A DNA stretch of 64,000 nucleotides from Podarcis tiliguerta (taxonomy: Eukaryota), in the NCBI GenBank assembly GCA_965153285.1, contig OZ229110.1, one strand, 5' to 3'. Below the pieces are notes generated by a model. It ran no database searches. It worked only from the letters and a program-made list of their open reading frames with translations, and was not told where the DNA came from. Position numbers and translations under genes: made by a program. Shown here piece after piece: positions 37,826-50,143 of this stretch. How positions within the stretch are numbered: the stretch's first letter is position 1; the number at the start of each line of letters is the position of its first letter.

Positions 37826-38133
37826 GAACATAGAAAGCTGCCTTATATCAAGTCAGACTGTCTAGCTCAGTACAGTGGTACCTCGGGTTACAAACACCTC
37901 AGGTTACAAACAGCAGCAGGAGGCCCCATTAGCTGAAGTGGCACCTCAGGTTAAGAATGGACCTCTGGAACGAATTAAGTTTGTAACCAGAGGTACCACT
38001 GTATTGTCTAAACTGACTGAAGTCAGCTCTTCAGGTTTCAGACAGGGGTCTTTCCCAAACTTACCTGGAAAAACCAGATTGAACCTGGAACCTTCTGCTT
38101 GTAAGACAGATGTTCTACCCCTGGGTTAAAGCC
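37826..38133 (-). mobile_element. Squam3-like SINE interrupted by a MITE
   Basis: The two halves rejoin as ctagctcagTAttgtctaaactgact, matching the reverse complement of the 12075 and 42230 copies. Confidence 0.75.
37873..38001 (-). mobile_element. Tc1/mariner MITE, copy 2 (internally deleted, opposite orientation)
   Basis: TA|CAGTGGTACCTC...GAGGTACCACTG|TA. Its right end reverse-complements the left end of copy 1 (22 nt identical). Confidence 0.9.
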
Positions 38134-40988
38134 CTTCCCACTAAGGCATTCCAAAAAAATGAGCAGGAGGTGTGTGAACAGCACAAACTAATACAACTGA
38201 AAACCACTTTCATATAATTATTGCTTATAGTTTCATGTGAAAAGGAGAGGTGTACCATGGAGTTAATCTCTGTCTCTGCTGTCATAAGCAGACCCATTTT
38301 AATAGCATCAGTAAGTTTAATATGTAATTACTGCCTAAACCATTTCCACTGTTGAACCAAATTGCTCCCAAGCCTAAGTATTTATGGATCATTTACCGGC
38401 TGCCACTTCATCTCCCACCTACAACATCTGGGGTCTTCTTAAGGGAAGGGTGCCAGTGAAGAACAAACTATAGAACAACTGGAGAAAATTTAAGAGCACC
38501 TATTCTTTGGGTGTTTACTTCTTAAGTCTTTTCTTTTCCCGAAAAGGAAGTCTGGCTAAGCTCATATGGTACAACTAAATCTAATGAAGGATATACCTAT
38601 ACTATAGAATTCAACTGGTCATTCATGCCCCAGGCATAATGCTGAGAACTGTAGTTCTATGAAGATTTCTAACAGATAATACTTTATACCTCACAAACTA
38701 CAATTCCCATGACTCTTGGCAGGGGGAGCCATGACAATCTTACTGAAATAAAACTCTTATTAAGCATGAAGTATGTATTTGTAATGACAGAAAGAAATTG
38801 TTTTATGGTAAACAAATTGAACTTAAGAAATCAGAACCTTGTTTTAATTTTATATGGCTACGGCTGTGATGCCGGATGCCTGTCTCTGATGACCAGTGAT
38901 TCAAACTTTCAAATATTGGCTTGGATCCCAATAACAGTCTTTTCCAGAAAACCGCCTGTTTGAATAAAATGCACTGAGTTCTGTCCAAAGGCAATTTTGT
39001 GCTAAAATAAATGCTTCTGCTTGTACAAACCAGAGTCCTAATTTCCACCAACCCCTTTCCCCCATCTACGTACTACAGCCCTCTGTGCCATATCTCATAG
39101 ATTTCCCAAGTTCCTACCTTCAGAAACAGCTTTTCAGGGGTACATGGGAATTGGAGTGCTTGAGTGGAAGTGCAAGGCCACCACTAGACACAACCTAATA
39201 ATCAGATTTTACATTTTCACTGGGAAGTGAGGATCAGCACCAGTTGTGGATATTTTTTGGCAAATTTTATCAATTCCCCCCACCTCCGCTCAATCACCAG
39301 TGCTTATTTTAGTGTCTCCTTGGAACATCTATGATGGGGAGAGATGAGGTACCTGGGAACTGAAGAGCGGGGGAAGGATCACAAGGAGAAAGGAACGATC
39401 TTTCTTGGAGCATAATTTGCAGCCATGAAGAGATCTCAGATTATTTCACCAGCTGTCAATAGTTCCCCTTGTTGGTGCCATATTCTGAGCTACCTGTCAA
39501 TGTTGAAAGCCACCCTGCTGTCTTAAGGTTTGATGTACATTCCTCCACAGACACAGGGAAGAGAGGGATCTCAGCAGTTGGGATGTGGTGGGGTGTAGGA
39601 ACAGTGTACTACTGCCAGTAAGATATACTAGGACCTGACACCTGACACATATAATCAGCAGGACCTCAGGAATGTCAGTTGTTTCCAGGAGTGCAATCAA
39701 TTCCCTGCATCCTTGTGGGCTAAGGCCAAGCTTAATTTTCTCAACAGCTGTGGATTCTTTGATGGGGCACAATGAAAACCAGAGTAAATGTATGGGGTTG
39801 TCTCCATCCTTGCTTGCGCAAAGACTTTCACTTGTGTGACATCACTTCCCTCCCTCTCCTGTCCCTGCCCACCCCATACTGTTCTGGAGGACTGAGGGAA
39901 CTTCCTGAACAGATTTGGGGGATGCATGCAGGGAGCAGAGGAAGTTCTGCTGTGCAAGTAGAAGTCTTTGAGCAAACAGAATGACTTTGCTGGATACAAC
40001 CCATGTTGTAGTCAATGTCAAATACGCTGAAGTAGAGCAGGTCAAAACTGCCTCCTGGGTCAGAAAATTGAATGCAACAACACCAAGAGCTATAGATGGA
40101 AGCACAGTCACGGGAAGGAAACCCCACTGGGGGTTTCCACTGTATGATCCTGGGACATACAGATGTGGACATAGTGATCCTCCTCAGCTTGCCTTGTGCC
40201 TTTACAAATGATGCTATTTTTTAAATCAAGGAAACTCTTTGAGAACATGTAGAAAAGTGTTCTGGTGTCTGCTCCCAAAATATGGAATGCCCTTCACTGC
40301 ACCAGAGCTCAACACAGAAATCATTTTAGTTTGGCAGGATTAAGTTTTCAACAGGCACGCGACTTTTAATGTGAATCTTGATTTTGTCCTTCTGCCGATT
40401 ATAGTTTGAATTCCAGCTTGGTCTACTTGTCCACCTAAGCATTATGGTGATAACAATCCTGAGATGGTTATAGTAGGCTGTACCTTTTTTTAGATGAGAA
40501 GTGGGGGACCACCAGTTCTGAATGGTCCTCCATCAAAAACCCTGAAAGAAAGAATTACACAATAGGGAAAGGTAGCCCCACTCATTCACTGCTGTGCTAC
40601 TTTTTTGTTTGCAGAGAATTATTGTTTTTACATGAAGTAATATTTTAAAATATTGCCCACCACCTGCAATCCAAAATGGGAAAATCCATTCTCCTAGCTC
40701 AGATTGCTACCATCTCATTCCCACTTCATTCTGCTGTTTGGGCAGACCATACCTAAGAGCCATTTTTTTCACATCACACGAAGTTAAGTTAGTGTGATGA
40801 GTGCATGGCCTTATTTTGACCTGGGGAAACTTGTGTTCCAACATGCTGATTGCAGCCCACCAGGCATGTACCAGATAGGTGCTTGAAAGCCCCTTTATTT
40901 TTGCTGTCAAAGGTAAACAACAAAACAGATTTACTGAGGCCTTGGTGGACCATGGGTGACAATTTGTGTGGTCTTATGTGTACCCATA

Positions 40989-41219
40989 CAGTGGTACCTC
41001 AGGTTAAGTACTTAATTCATTCCGGAGGTCCATTCTTAACCTGAAACTGTTCTTAACCTGAAGCTAATGGGGCCTCCTGCTGCTGTCACGCCGCCGGAGC
41101 ACAATTTCTGTTCTCATCCTGAAGCAAAGTTCTTAGCCCGAGGTACTATTTATGGGTTAGCGGAGTGTGTAACCTGAAGCGTATGTAACTTGAAGCGTAT
41201 GTAACCTGAGGTGCCACTG
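40989..41219 (+). mobile_element. Tc1/mariner MITE, copy 3
   Basis: TA|CAGTGGTACCTCAGGTTA...TAACCTGAGGTGCCACTG|TA. Confidence 0.9.
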
Positions 41220-41251
41220 TACTTGTAAACTCTTTCAAGATAGCAAATTTT

Positions 41252-41330
41252 GCTGCAATCCTATACCAGTGAGGAAGCCCCTTGGAGCACAATGGGACTT
41301 ACTTCTGGGTCGGCATGTATAGCATTGTGC
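41252..41330. repeat. Short quasi-palindromic interspersed repeat (old MITE-like family)
   Basis: gctgcaatcctata...aatgggacttacttctg...catgtatagcattg. Related copies near 51795-51864, 61796-61874, 60395-60460 and 3100-3165. Confidence 0.5.
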
Positions 41331-42229
41331 TTTGTCCCTCATCAAACTTAGCACATGAAATTCAACAGGCAGTGACAGGCCTAACTGCTATAACCAATAG
41401 TGTATGGCTAAGTCACTGGAATAAAGAAGGTGAACCTCAAATACGTAGCCCCTGCCCCTCCTAGGCAAACATCAAAGGCAGAAATTAGAATTGCGATGGG
41501 GACCTCTGAAACCAAATTAAATTAATGCGGTAAAGACAGAACTTTGATTCAAACTTAATAATGGTGATTTTTGTTGCTGTTTAACATGCCTCACAACCCA
41601 CTTTTACAGGCATATGTTTCCATGCTACATCAAAGGAAGTAAACATTCTGCTTCAGGTCCTAATATCCTTTTTTTTATCTAATTATCGTACTTACATGTT
41701 CTTTCTATTTTAAGTCCAGCAAGCCCTAACTTTTTTGGAACAAACCTTTCTGCAACAATGAGAGTTAAGCTGACGACTCACAAGTTCCTCTTAGCAGAAT
41801 GTTTTTCTTTTTTAATCCATAAAAGTTTTAAGTACATTTTAAAGCCAGCTCCCAACATTCTGTCATACGAGAATGATTAAGGCTGTACTCTTAACCCAGT
41901 GAGATTGTGGAGAAGTTGGCCCTTCTGGGACTGGGCCACCCCAAAGGAGGACAGGAAGACAGGTGTCACCATATTATGACAGTGTCCCCAAGTGAAGCAC
42001 TTTATTTCTTCTCTCTCCAGAGGAATGAATGACAACCTTCTACTTATACAAGAGAACTCAAGTTGTATCTGTATCCATGCTCTGGTAATCTTGTTTAGAT
42101 TACTGTATGTGTGCCCACCTCTGAAAATGGTAGTGATGGACTCTGTTCACCCCACCCCCCTAATGTACAGAGAGCATGTGGTCCCCACCAAGGGGTGCTT
42201 GTGAATTCAGGACCTCCGCACTTTGGAAG

Positions 42230-42362
42230 GGCCAAAGCTCAGTAGTAGAACATCTCTTTTGCATGCAGTATATTCCAAGTTCAATCCCCATCATCTCTAG
42301 GTAGGACTGGGAGAGACTTCTGCCAGTGAATACAGACAATACTGGGCTAGATGGGCTAATGG
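42230..42362 (+). mobile_element. Squam3-like SINE (partial)
   Basis: gggccaaagctcagtagtagaacatctcttttgcatgcag...ttcaatcccc tRNA-like head, then ctgccagt...agacaatactgggctagatgg. Confidence 0.7.
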
Positions 42363-43255
42363 CAGCAAAATACTCTTTGGACTTATAGGCTTTGGCAAAA
42401 TGAATTTATAAAAGAATGTTTTGAGAAAGGTGCAGGAGGAAAGGGGGCAGTTAGACTAAGCATACATCATGTATCATGAAACACATCTTCAACCTAGGAG
42501 CAACAGCTCTGGGCCTGTCAAATACGTAAGTGACCACTGTAGTTGCACATCATTAGAAGAAAAGACTAGGCAGCAGTGACTGGGCTCTCTTATCATGTCC
42601 CTGTGTAATGTTGAAATGCTTCTGTAAGTGCCAAGACTGCCTAAAACTACTGTGCAGAAATTGACGCACCCCCAGAGAGGCATACTTATAATTATGTGCT
42701 TAACTCTCTCATTGAAATCAACAGAGCTTTTTTTTTTTTTAATGCTTATCTGTGGCTGGATTGTAGCAATCAATAGGAGAAAAGCAACCTACCTACCAGC
42801 CAATCACAGCTTTCCATTATAAAGGTAACAGCTTTCCATTGTCTAAGCAGAGGCTTCCGCCAGGCCTCATCTCTCATTCTCTCAGCACATGCCTCTGTTT
42901 CTTATGCAGACACATATCTGTACACAAATCCCATTCTGCTTGACCCCAAGATCACCCTGCTTCCATTACAACATTGTTGTAGGCTGAACCAGACTTGCTT
43001 CAGTGCCAGGCCTAGAATGCCATTCCCTTTGCGGAGCAGTAATAAAGAAATCGCTGTTTTAAGCTGACAAAGAACAGATTTCGTACTGAGTAAACACTGG
43101 TGTTTTGGTAGGGAAATTAAGTTATAGAATTGTTTCTAGAAAGAGAAACTGACTCATACAGATGGACTTTGTTAAGACACTACAATCTGGTACCATCCAC
43201 ACAGGTGAATTGTGAGTTCTATAGGTGGGTAGTTAGTTAGTTAGTTGATTATAGA

Positions 43256-43397
43256 NNNNNNNNNNNNNNNNNNNNNNNNNNNNNNNNNNNNNNNNNNNNN
43301 NNNNNNNNNNNNNNNNNNNNNNNNNNNNNNNNNNNNNNNNNNNNNNNNNNNNNNNNNNNNNNNNNNNNNNNNNNNNNNNNNNNNNNNNNNNNNNNNN
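43256..43397. other. Assembly gap (N run)
   Basis: Run of N. Confidence 1.
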
Positions 43398-43484
43398 TGT
43401 TGCTTATATAAGGCTAGATGGCCTGCTTTGGTTGCAATATGAAATACTTGGGTGCACCAGAGAGGGGGAGTGTGTGAGCCAATA

Positions 43485-43713
43485 CAGTGGACGCTCCGGT
43501 TGCGAACGTGATCCGTGTGGGATGCATGTTCGCAACCCGCCTCTGCGCACACGTGGGTTGAGATTTGGCGTACATGCGCAAAGTGCAATTAGCACTTCTG
43601 CACATGCACAACTGCTGAAACCCGGAAGTAGCCTGTTCCGGTACTTCCGGGTTTCAGCAGTCCACAACCTGAAAAAACGCAACTTGAAGCGGACTCAACA
43701 TGAGGTACGACTG
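43485..43713. mobile_element. Tc1/mariner MITE, related subfamily
   Basis: TA|CAGTGGACGCTCCGGTTG ... CAACATGAGGTACGACTG|TA with imperfect TIRs. CpG-rich; shares tacttccgggtt with the other MITE family. Confidence 0.7.
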
Positions 43714-45269
43714 TACGTCAAAAGATTTATTTTCTCTCAGTGTCCCTGTTTAACCATGACAATAAACCACAGGGTGATGTCCGATTGGTGTGCAATTTTC
43801 AGTGATTCCTCCTCTCCCCTGCAACCCCTTGCCCCTCTATCAGCTCTGGGGGATCTTCCAATCCTTCTGAGAAGATTCAGTGAGGGTGAGGAACTGAAAG
43901 AGAGAGGGGATATTGCTGAAAATGGTTTCATTCCCCATTTCATGGATAGATGTATTCCATCCGTGTAAATACACCAACTGGATGCCACCCTCTGGTTTAT
44001 CGTTATGTCTGAACACGGAAACTGAAAGAAAAAAGATTTTTTGCCATGTTGGAGGAGAATGAGTCTTTTGTGTTCATTCCTGAATCTGTGCACTTAAGAC
44101 TGTGTATGCTTGAAAGAGTAGTGGAAAACTGGCCAAATCTAGGGCTCTTTTTATGATCTGAGATTTCTGCAATGTATGGCATATGATTTTTACCATTTAG
44201 CAGTGGACAGAAGGCTTACTTATACACAGTATAATGTTTACAGTAGGCTGTCAGCATGTAGCATGACGTAAGTTCCAGTGCTAGCCAAATAGATATTATT
44301 TGTTCTATACATAAAGCATTCAGCAAATTTTTTTTTAAAGGCATGCTTAGTCTAGAGTGCAAAGAAAATACATTCATTTTTGCTAATTTAAAGTAAAATA
44401 TGACTCATTTTAAAAAGAGACATTTGGCTGCAATCCTAACAGCTTAGCCATTTGCCAGTTACTGAAAACCATCCTATTTAAATTCTATATAAAGAGTACT
44501 TATATAAATAAAAGACTGTATATGTATTACAGTTTTACAGAATATAAAAGCCAGCCAGATTTCTGAGCAGCCAGCTCAGAGAGAGGGAGAGATGGAAACC
44601 AGAGTATAGAAAGATTCCTCTTCAAACCTCTTGCTGGTATATTTTGGAACATGGGCACTTTGTATGAGACTTCCCTTGCACTTGATTCAGAAGTTGCAGC
44701 CACATACTTGCCAAGTGTCTCGATTTAGTCGGGACACCCTGAATTTTGGATGTTGGCAGATACCGCCAGACTCCTCTGCACACTGCTGGGCACCTGGATC
44801 CCCTTGCACCCTTGAGAGCGCAGTGTGTGAACCATCTCAGCATGGTGGTGGGGTGCATGCTGGGTGAGCAGAGAGGAGTGTGTGGCAGTGGTGCAAACTG
44901 TGCTCGGCTGGGATGTGTACCCTGCCCTGTCTGGGAGGTGAGTCGTCCAGTGGGTGCCCACAGTCCCTGAGTGGCAGTGGCGGTGGTGCCTAAAGAGCCA
45001 CTACCTCTGTCCAATGTTAGAGGAGAAGAAGGCAAGCTCCAGCTCCCTCCATGCCTCCTCTCTGCCTCCTGATTGGCTGCTTTCCTCACTGGCAGCTGGC
45101 TTTAAGGAGAGAGTGTGCACTCTCAGTCTCCAGGAAACCTGCAACTTGGAGATTCTGGCCTTGCAGGGGGTAGACCCTTAGGAGACCTTCCAACTTTATG
45201 GTTCTGTAAGTCTATGATTCTCTTAGCGAAAGACGCAAGCCACACATGTCCCAGTTTCCCCCTGCGGCA

Positions 45270-45480
45270 TGTTAGAGTGAGACCCTATCAGCATACGACA
45301 CCTCTGCTCAGAGATCTGTACTGGCTGCCAATCTGCGACTGCACCAAGTGCTACTATTAACCCAAAACCTTGACAGCCATTTACTGGCAGGGCCACCTTA
45401 CCCCGTATATGGCCACTTGGCCACTTCGATCTGTGGAGCTGGCACTGTTCTTTTCCAACTAGCGCAGTCTGGTTGCCGGG
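45270..45480 (+). mobile_element. Old L2-like ORF2 relic
   Basis: Translates HTTPLLRDLYWLPI, matching HITPVLRDLHWLPV in the 19391 LINE. Boundaries approximate. Confidence 0.55.
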
Positions 45481-46847
45481 CCGAATTGTAAAGGCATCCA
45501 TGGCAACTAAGTAACTGGAGTTTTGCAAACCTGTTTATAATTACTTTTAACCCCCTATGCATACCATTCTTATTCAATCATTCTCTCTGGCTTGGCTTTT
45601 TTTCTTTAAAAAATGAAAATAATAAGGCTGTGCTGTATTCCAAGAACCATAAAGTGGAATACTACTGCCATGGGAAACTCCCCCCCCCCCATGAACAAAA
45701 GCCTAACAAGGTGCCTGTCTGCCTTTAGGCAGATTGGTGAGGATCAGCCCTAAACCCACATTTACATACCAGGAAACAGGGCTAGGAGGCCAGCTGGAGC
45801 TCCCTAAATGAGGTTGTTGGAATGAAGCCATTAACCCAATCAACGTTTATAAGGAATAGAGCGTTAAATACTAGTGGGTTGCTGGCTATTAAATTATAAA
45901 GAACAGGGGTCTCTTTATGGAATCCACCAGAGTTCTGAATTTAACTGGGCAATCCTATAGATGTCAACCCAGGAGTAACCCTGGTTGAATACAATACGTT
46001 GTATTCAATCTTAGTAATAATCTGAGGAGACCCATTTAAATGAATAGGCATGACTAACTTAGGCCCATTAAGTTCAGAGGGTATACTCTGTGTAAAATTT
46101 CACTGGATACAATTGACTTCAACCCAGGTAAATGGGTGTAGCTAAGGTGGGCAACCTTTTTTCTATTGAGGGCCACATTCCCTTGGAGGAAATCTGCTGG
46201 AGGCCACATGTGAGTGGTTGGAGCCACTCCATTTTATTTTTCTTTCTGCCACCTCATTCTCTCTCTTTCTTTCTTCCCATCCAGTAGGCTGCTGGTGAGG
46301 GGCAGATTCCTCTTGCCAGAGGTTGAGACTGAAAGCATGCAGACCATTTATGCAGTTGGTCTGAGGGCTGCATAAAGTTAGGTCTGGACTACTGGTTACT
46401 GGTGTTGGACTGTATCCCAAAGGCCATATTTTTTTTAGTCACTGAAAAGACAGCAAGTATTTTGAAGTATTTGGTTCTTTTGTTTATTTTACACTTTTGT
46501 AGTAGGAGGAAATGCCGTTGTAGGCACCACAAAAAGGTGGCGCCTTTCACAGACAGGGACAATGCTCATGAAATGAACTCTTACATTTCAGTTCAGCACT
46601 AACTTGAAACTCTAATCCAATCAAAGAGTGCTTAGCACTCGATAAACCCCAGGAAGATTACTTTTTGTGTGTAGCTTATATCTAGCAAGAGTGATCATGG
46701 ACGGCGGAAATTAAATTGGGGAACCTGAAACTCTTAAATGCAGGAAAACCTTGTACATAGGCACAGAAGCCCATAGTGAGCCATGGAGTTGGGAGCAACC
46801 TTTATGGCTTGGTGCACATGAGGACCACAACATTGTATTGCCAAGGA

Positions 46848-46985
46848 CAGGTGTGGGGAACCTGTGGCCCTCCAGATGTTGTTTGACTTCAGCTCCCATA
46901 ATCTCTTACCATTGGCCATGCTAGCTAGAGTTGATGTGAGCTGGAGTCTAGCAACATCTGGAAAGCACCAGGTTTGTCACCCCTG
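46848..46985. mobile_element. hAT-like palindromic MITE (about 140 bp)
   Basis: CAGGTGTGGGGAACCTG...ccagatgttg...caacatctgg...CAGGTTTGTCACCCCTG. Sister copy at 48450. Confidence 0.7.
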
Positions 46986-48449
46986 GCATAGTAGAAATGT
47001 CCACACTGAATGAGAGATTTGGCTTTGGGTTGGGAGAAACCAGCCAAAATTAGAATCTTAGGGTGCATTCATTGCACCATTTTCTTCTTCCACAGTACAA
47101 TTTTCTGCAATCACCTTGGGAGTAATTCTAAAAGAATGCTGAACTTGGATGCCCTTACATTTTTTCCTGTCTCGAGAGAAAACAAGCAAACATTTAGCAT
47201 CATCAGATTATTTGCAAACTTATGGCTAGGAAGTTGAACTTAGCTCAGATTTTCCATGAATAGTTGTATGAGAAGTCAAAGGATAAAGTTCAAAGGATCC
47301 TTAATGAATAATCAGATTGCACGAAGGCCTTGAGGAACATACAAGGGTGGAATACGGAGCCTTTAAATCAAAATGCAGTATTTTATTTTAGGGGGCCCCT
47401 TCTTTTTAACCTATAAAACTGAGGGGTGCTTAATGCATTCATGTGCGAGAGAGTGCATGAGTCCCAAGATTTGTCTTGTAACTGCATTTTAAAAATTTGT
47501 GTTCTGTTTCTGATTATTTCTATTCTCTTTCAACTTTGATCTGTGTTTTGGGTTCTGAGTTGCTTTGTATAAAAGGAAGCTCTCTGTTCCTGATTCCTGT
47601 TATCACGAGGGACTGAGAAATGGCTATAAACTTTCCCCTTTTTGGTCAAAGTGCATGAAATTTACAGGCACATAAGGCCCTTCAGAGTGGATAAAGCCTC
47701 CCAAATTAATTTCAAATAGATCAGGGGAAGTTAAATGGTTTCTCTTCCCTCCTTTATCTCTTTTCTGGGTAGTAGGAAACAAGGCCTTGTCTCATTCTTA
47801 CCTTAGAAAAATTATGAGTATCTGAGTGATGCATATTTTTTTTTAAGGAAGGGGAGGGGGGACTTTGCAGCTTCATGCCAGCCTTCCTTTCCAGTGAAAG
47901 GTTGTTTGTGTCCTCCAAGAGAACCCACAATATGAGGCTGTTTGGAACACTGGCTGAAGAGTTTTGAAGAGTTCTGAATTTTGTTTTGTTACAGCAGAGC
48001 AACATAGGATTTTTTTTGAAAAATGAAGCTTTTAACTTGTAGAAAAATCCTCTGCTGCTGGGCTTCAAACAACAACAACAACAACCCACAGCTTTTCAGT
48101 GTTCTTCAAGCAACATTTGGGACAGCCTCACTTTTTACAAAGCCCAAAGACCTACAGAAACATAGCAGTGTATAGGAAATGTCACAGAAAAGCACAGAAA
48201 CAGAGTGACACCAGGCTTCATGGCAGCTCTGATCTGAGCTGGAGGGGAGTGGCTATTGACAATTTACTTTCACACAGGGAGGAGGTGAGAGACCCCTGAA
48301 TAACCCCAATTCACTTCATTATTCAGCCCACACAGAGAACTGATGCACCCTCCTAGCATGTGCATAACCATTTTTCATCAGCGGATTTCCCCCCTCAACT
48401 CTCAGGGCTGCTTTTCCCACTGAGAACATGCTTTGCACTTAATTTAAAC

Positions 48450-48587
48450 AACGAGTGGGAAACCTGTAGCCCTCCAGATGTCCCTGGACAGCAGTTCCCA
48501 TCAAGCCCAGGCTGTATGGCCAATGGTCAGGAATGATAGGAGCTGCAATCCAGCAACATCTGGAGCCCCACAGGCTTCCCACCTACA
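48450..48587. mobile_element. hAT-like palindromic MITE, sister copy
   Basis: gtgggaaacctgtagccctccagatg...caacatctggagccccacaggcttcccacc, flanked by atttaaac / gtttaaac (8-bp TSD, one mismatch). Confidence 0.7.
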
Positions 48588-50134
48588 GTTTAAACCAATG
48601 GAACTTAAAATGCTTCACCAAGGCTGGATTGTGTCCAGTGAAAGAAAACGATAATAAAACCATATTATGATCCATCTCTCCTGTGCCTGGAGGGTAGAAT
48701 GAAGGCAAATAAGGAGGAATGAGATGATTAGCTATTTTGCCCTACTCCATAATAACCCTCGCCTTCCTTAGTTATGATGCTTGTTGGGTGCATGTGCTGC
48801 TTCCTTGGCTGCATTTGGCAACCTGGTCCTAGGGTGAAATGGCTGCCTGTAGGGTCTGGGCCACTGGATTGCTCAGGGGAGGAGCACGCCCATCAAATGC
48901 CATGTATGAGCTGGGGGAAGAGGAAGTGGAGTAAATTAGGCAGCCAGGCTGGCCAATCAACACCCCTCACATCCATCTCTTCTCATTCATTCCTTGTTCT
49001 GCTGATTTCCTGCCCACTGTGCATGGAGTTCATCTGCAGTACTCATCATTTGTGGAGGGGATTCATTGCAGACTATATTCTGCAGGCCCAAATTGGCAGG
49101 ATAAGCCAGCTAGGTCTTTTGAAACACCTAATTTAATGTAACTGGTTCTTGCCACTGTCAGAGAAAGAGAGGGAGAGAGAATGAATATGCTGGTCTGATG
49201 GGCATGGTTACTCTTATGGCCTTCTTTTGCAATGCATTTCTCTTATGATTGTCATGAGAAATATTCATGGTGAGCTATTTTATGCCTCAAAGCAAACAGT
49301 GACAAAAGCACCCTTAAAGTTGTTAAATCTGAAATTTAACACATGGTAAAGTTCCATGAAGCTAAGAGGAGATGCAAGCACAATGATGAAGAAGCAAAGA
49401 GACAGATTTTGAAGTTTAGCTGTGAAGTAAAAAACTAACTTCAAAAGTGGCCCTTTTTATGTTATTTGTTTATTAACCACAAGTTTGCATCCCTTGCTCT
49501 ACCAGCAATCATTTGGCACATGTGGTCACACTGTGGGATCTTATTAGAGGTTTTCTAAGTGAGGTACTTGGTCAGCCGCTCCCTAGCCCTCATTTGGCTT
49601 GAACAGAACAAGCAACTAAAGAACTTTAAGAAACCATATTGAGGAAGATTCTTTAAATGGATGCAGCAGCTGTTACAGAGCACCATATCAGAAGAAATAG
49701 ACAGGCAGAGCAATCTCAGACCAATTATCAGAAGTTCTGCTGACTTCAATGAAATGTATTCCCAAGTAAGCATGCTTAGGAGTACAGTCTAAATGTGTCA
49801 TGTTTTGTGTTATTAGCCCATTTTCATATCAATTCTTAAAATAGCAATCTAGTACCTAGTTCAAGGCACTATCTTGTGCCTAATCAGTATCTGGTGCATG
49901 GAATGTACAATGATGCACCTCTGGCTTGGCATCAAATTAGAGGCCTCCAGACACCCACTTGAAATCATTTGGAAGAGCCAAAACATAGTGCAGATATGGA
50001 GACGATTAGCTTGATGGGCACCCAACTCTATTTTTAATTTTTTTTCCAAGAGCATGTTTTGTTCAATGAAATTCTGGCAGAGCATTCAGATCCAGACCTC
50101 TGCCAAATCAGGCCTGCTTTTAACCACAACCACT

Positions 50135-50143
50135 TGGGTGGTC
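50135..50143. promoter_or_regulatory. Perfect GLI consensus site TGGGTGGTC (GACCACCCA)
   Basis: Exact match in the long intron between exons 3 and 4. Function not demonstrated. Confidence 0.3.
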
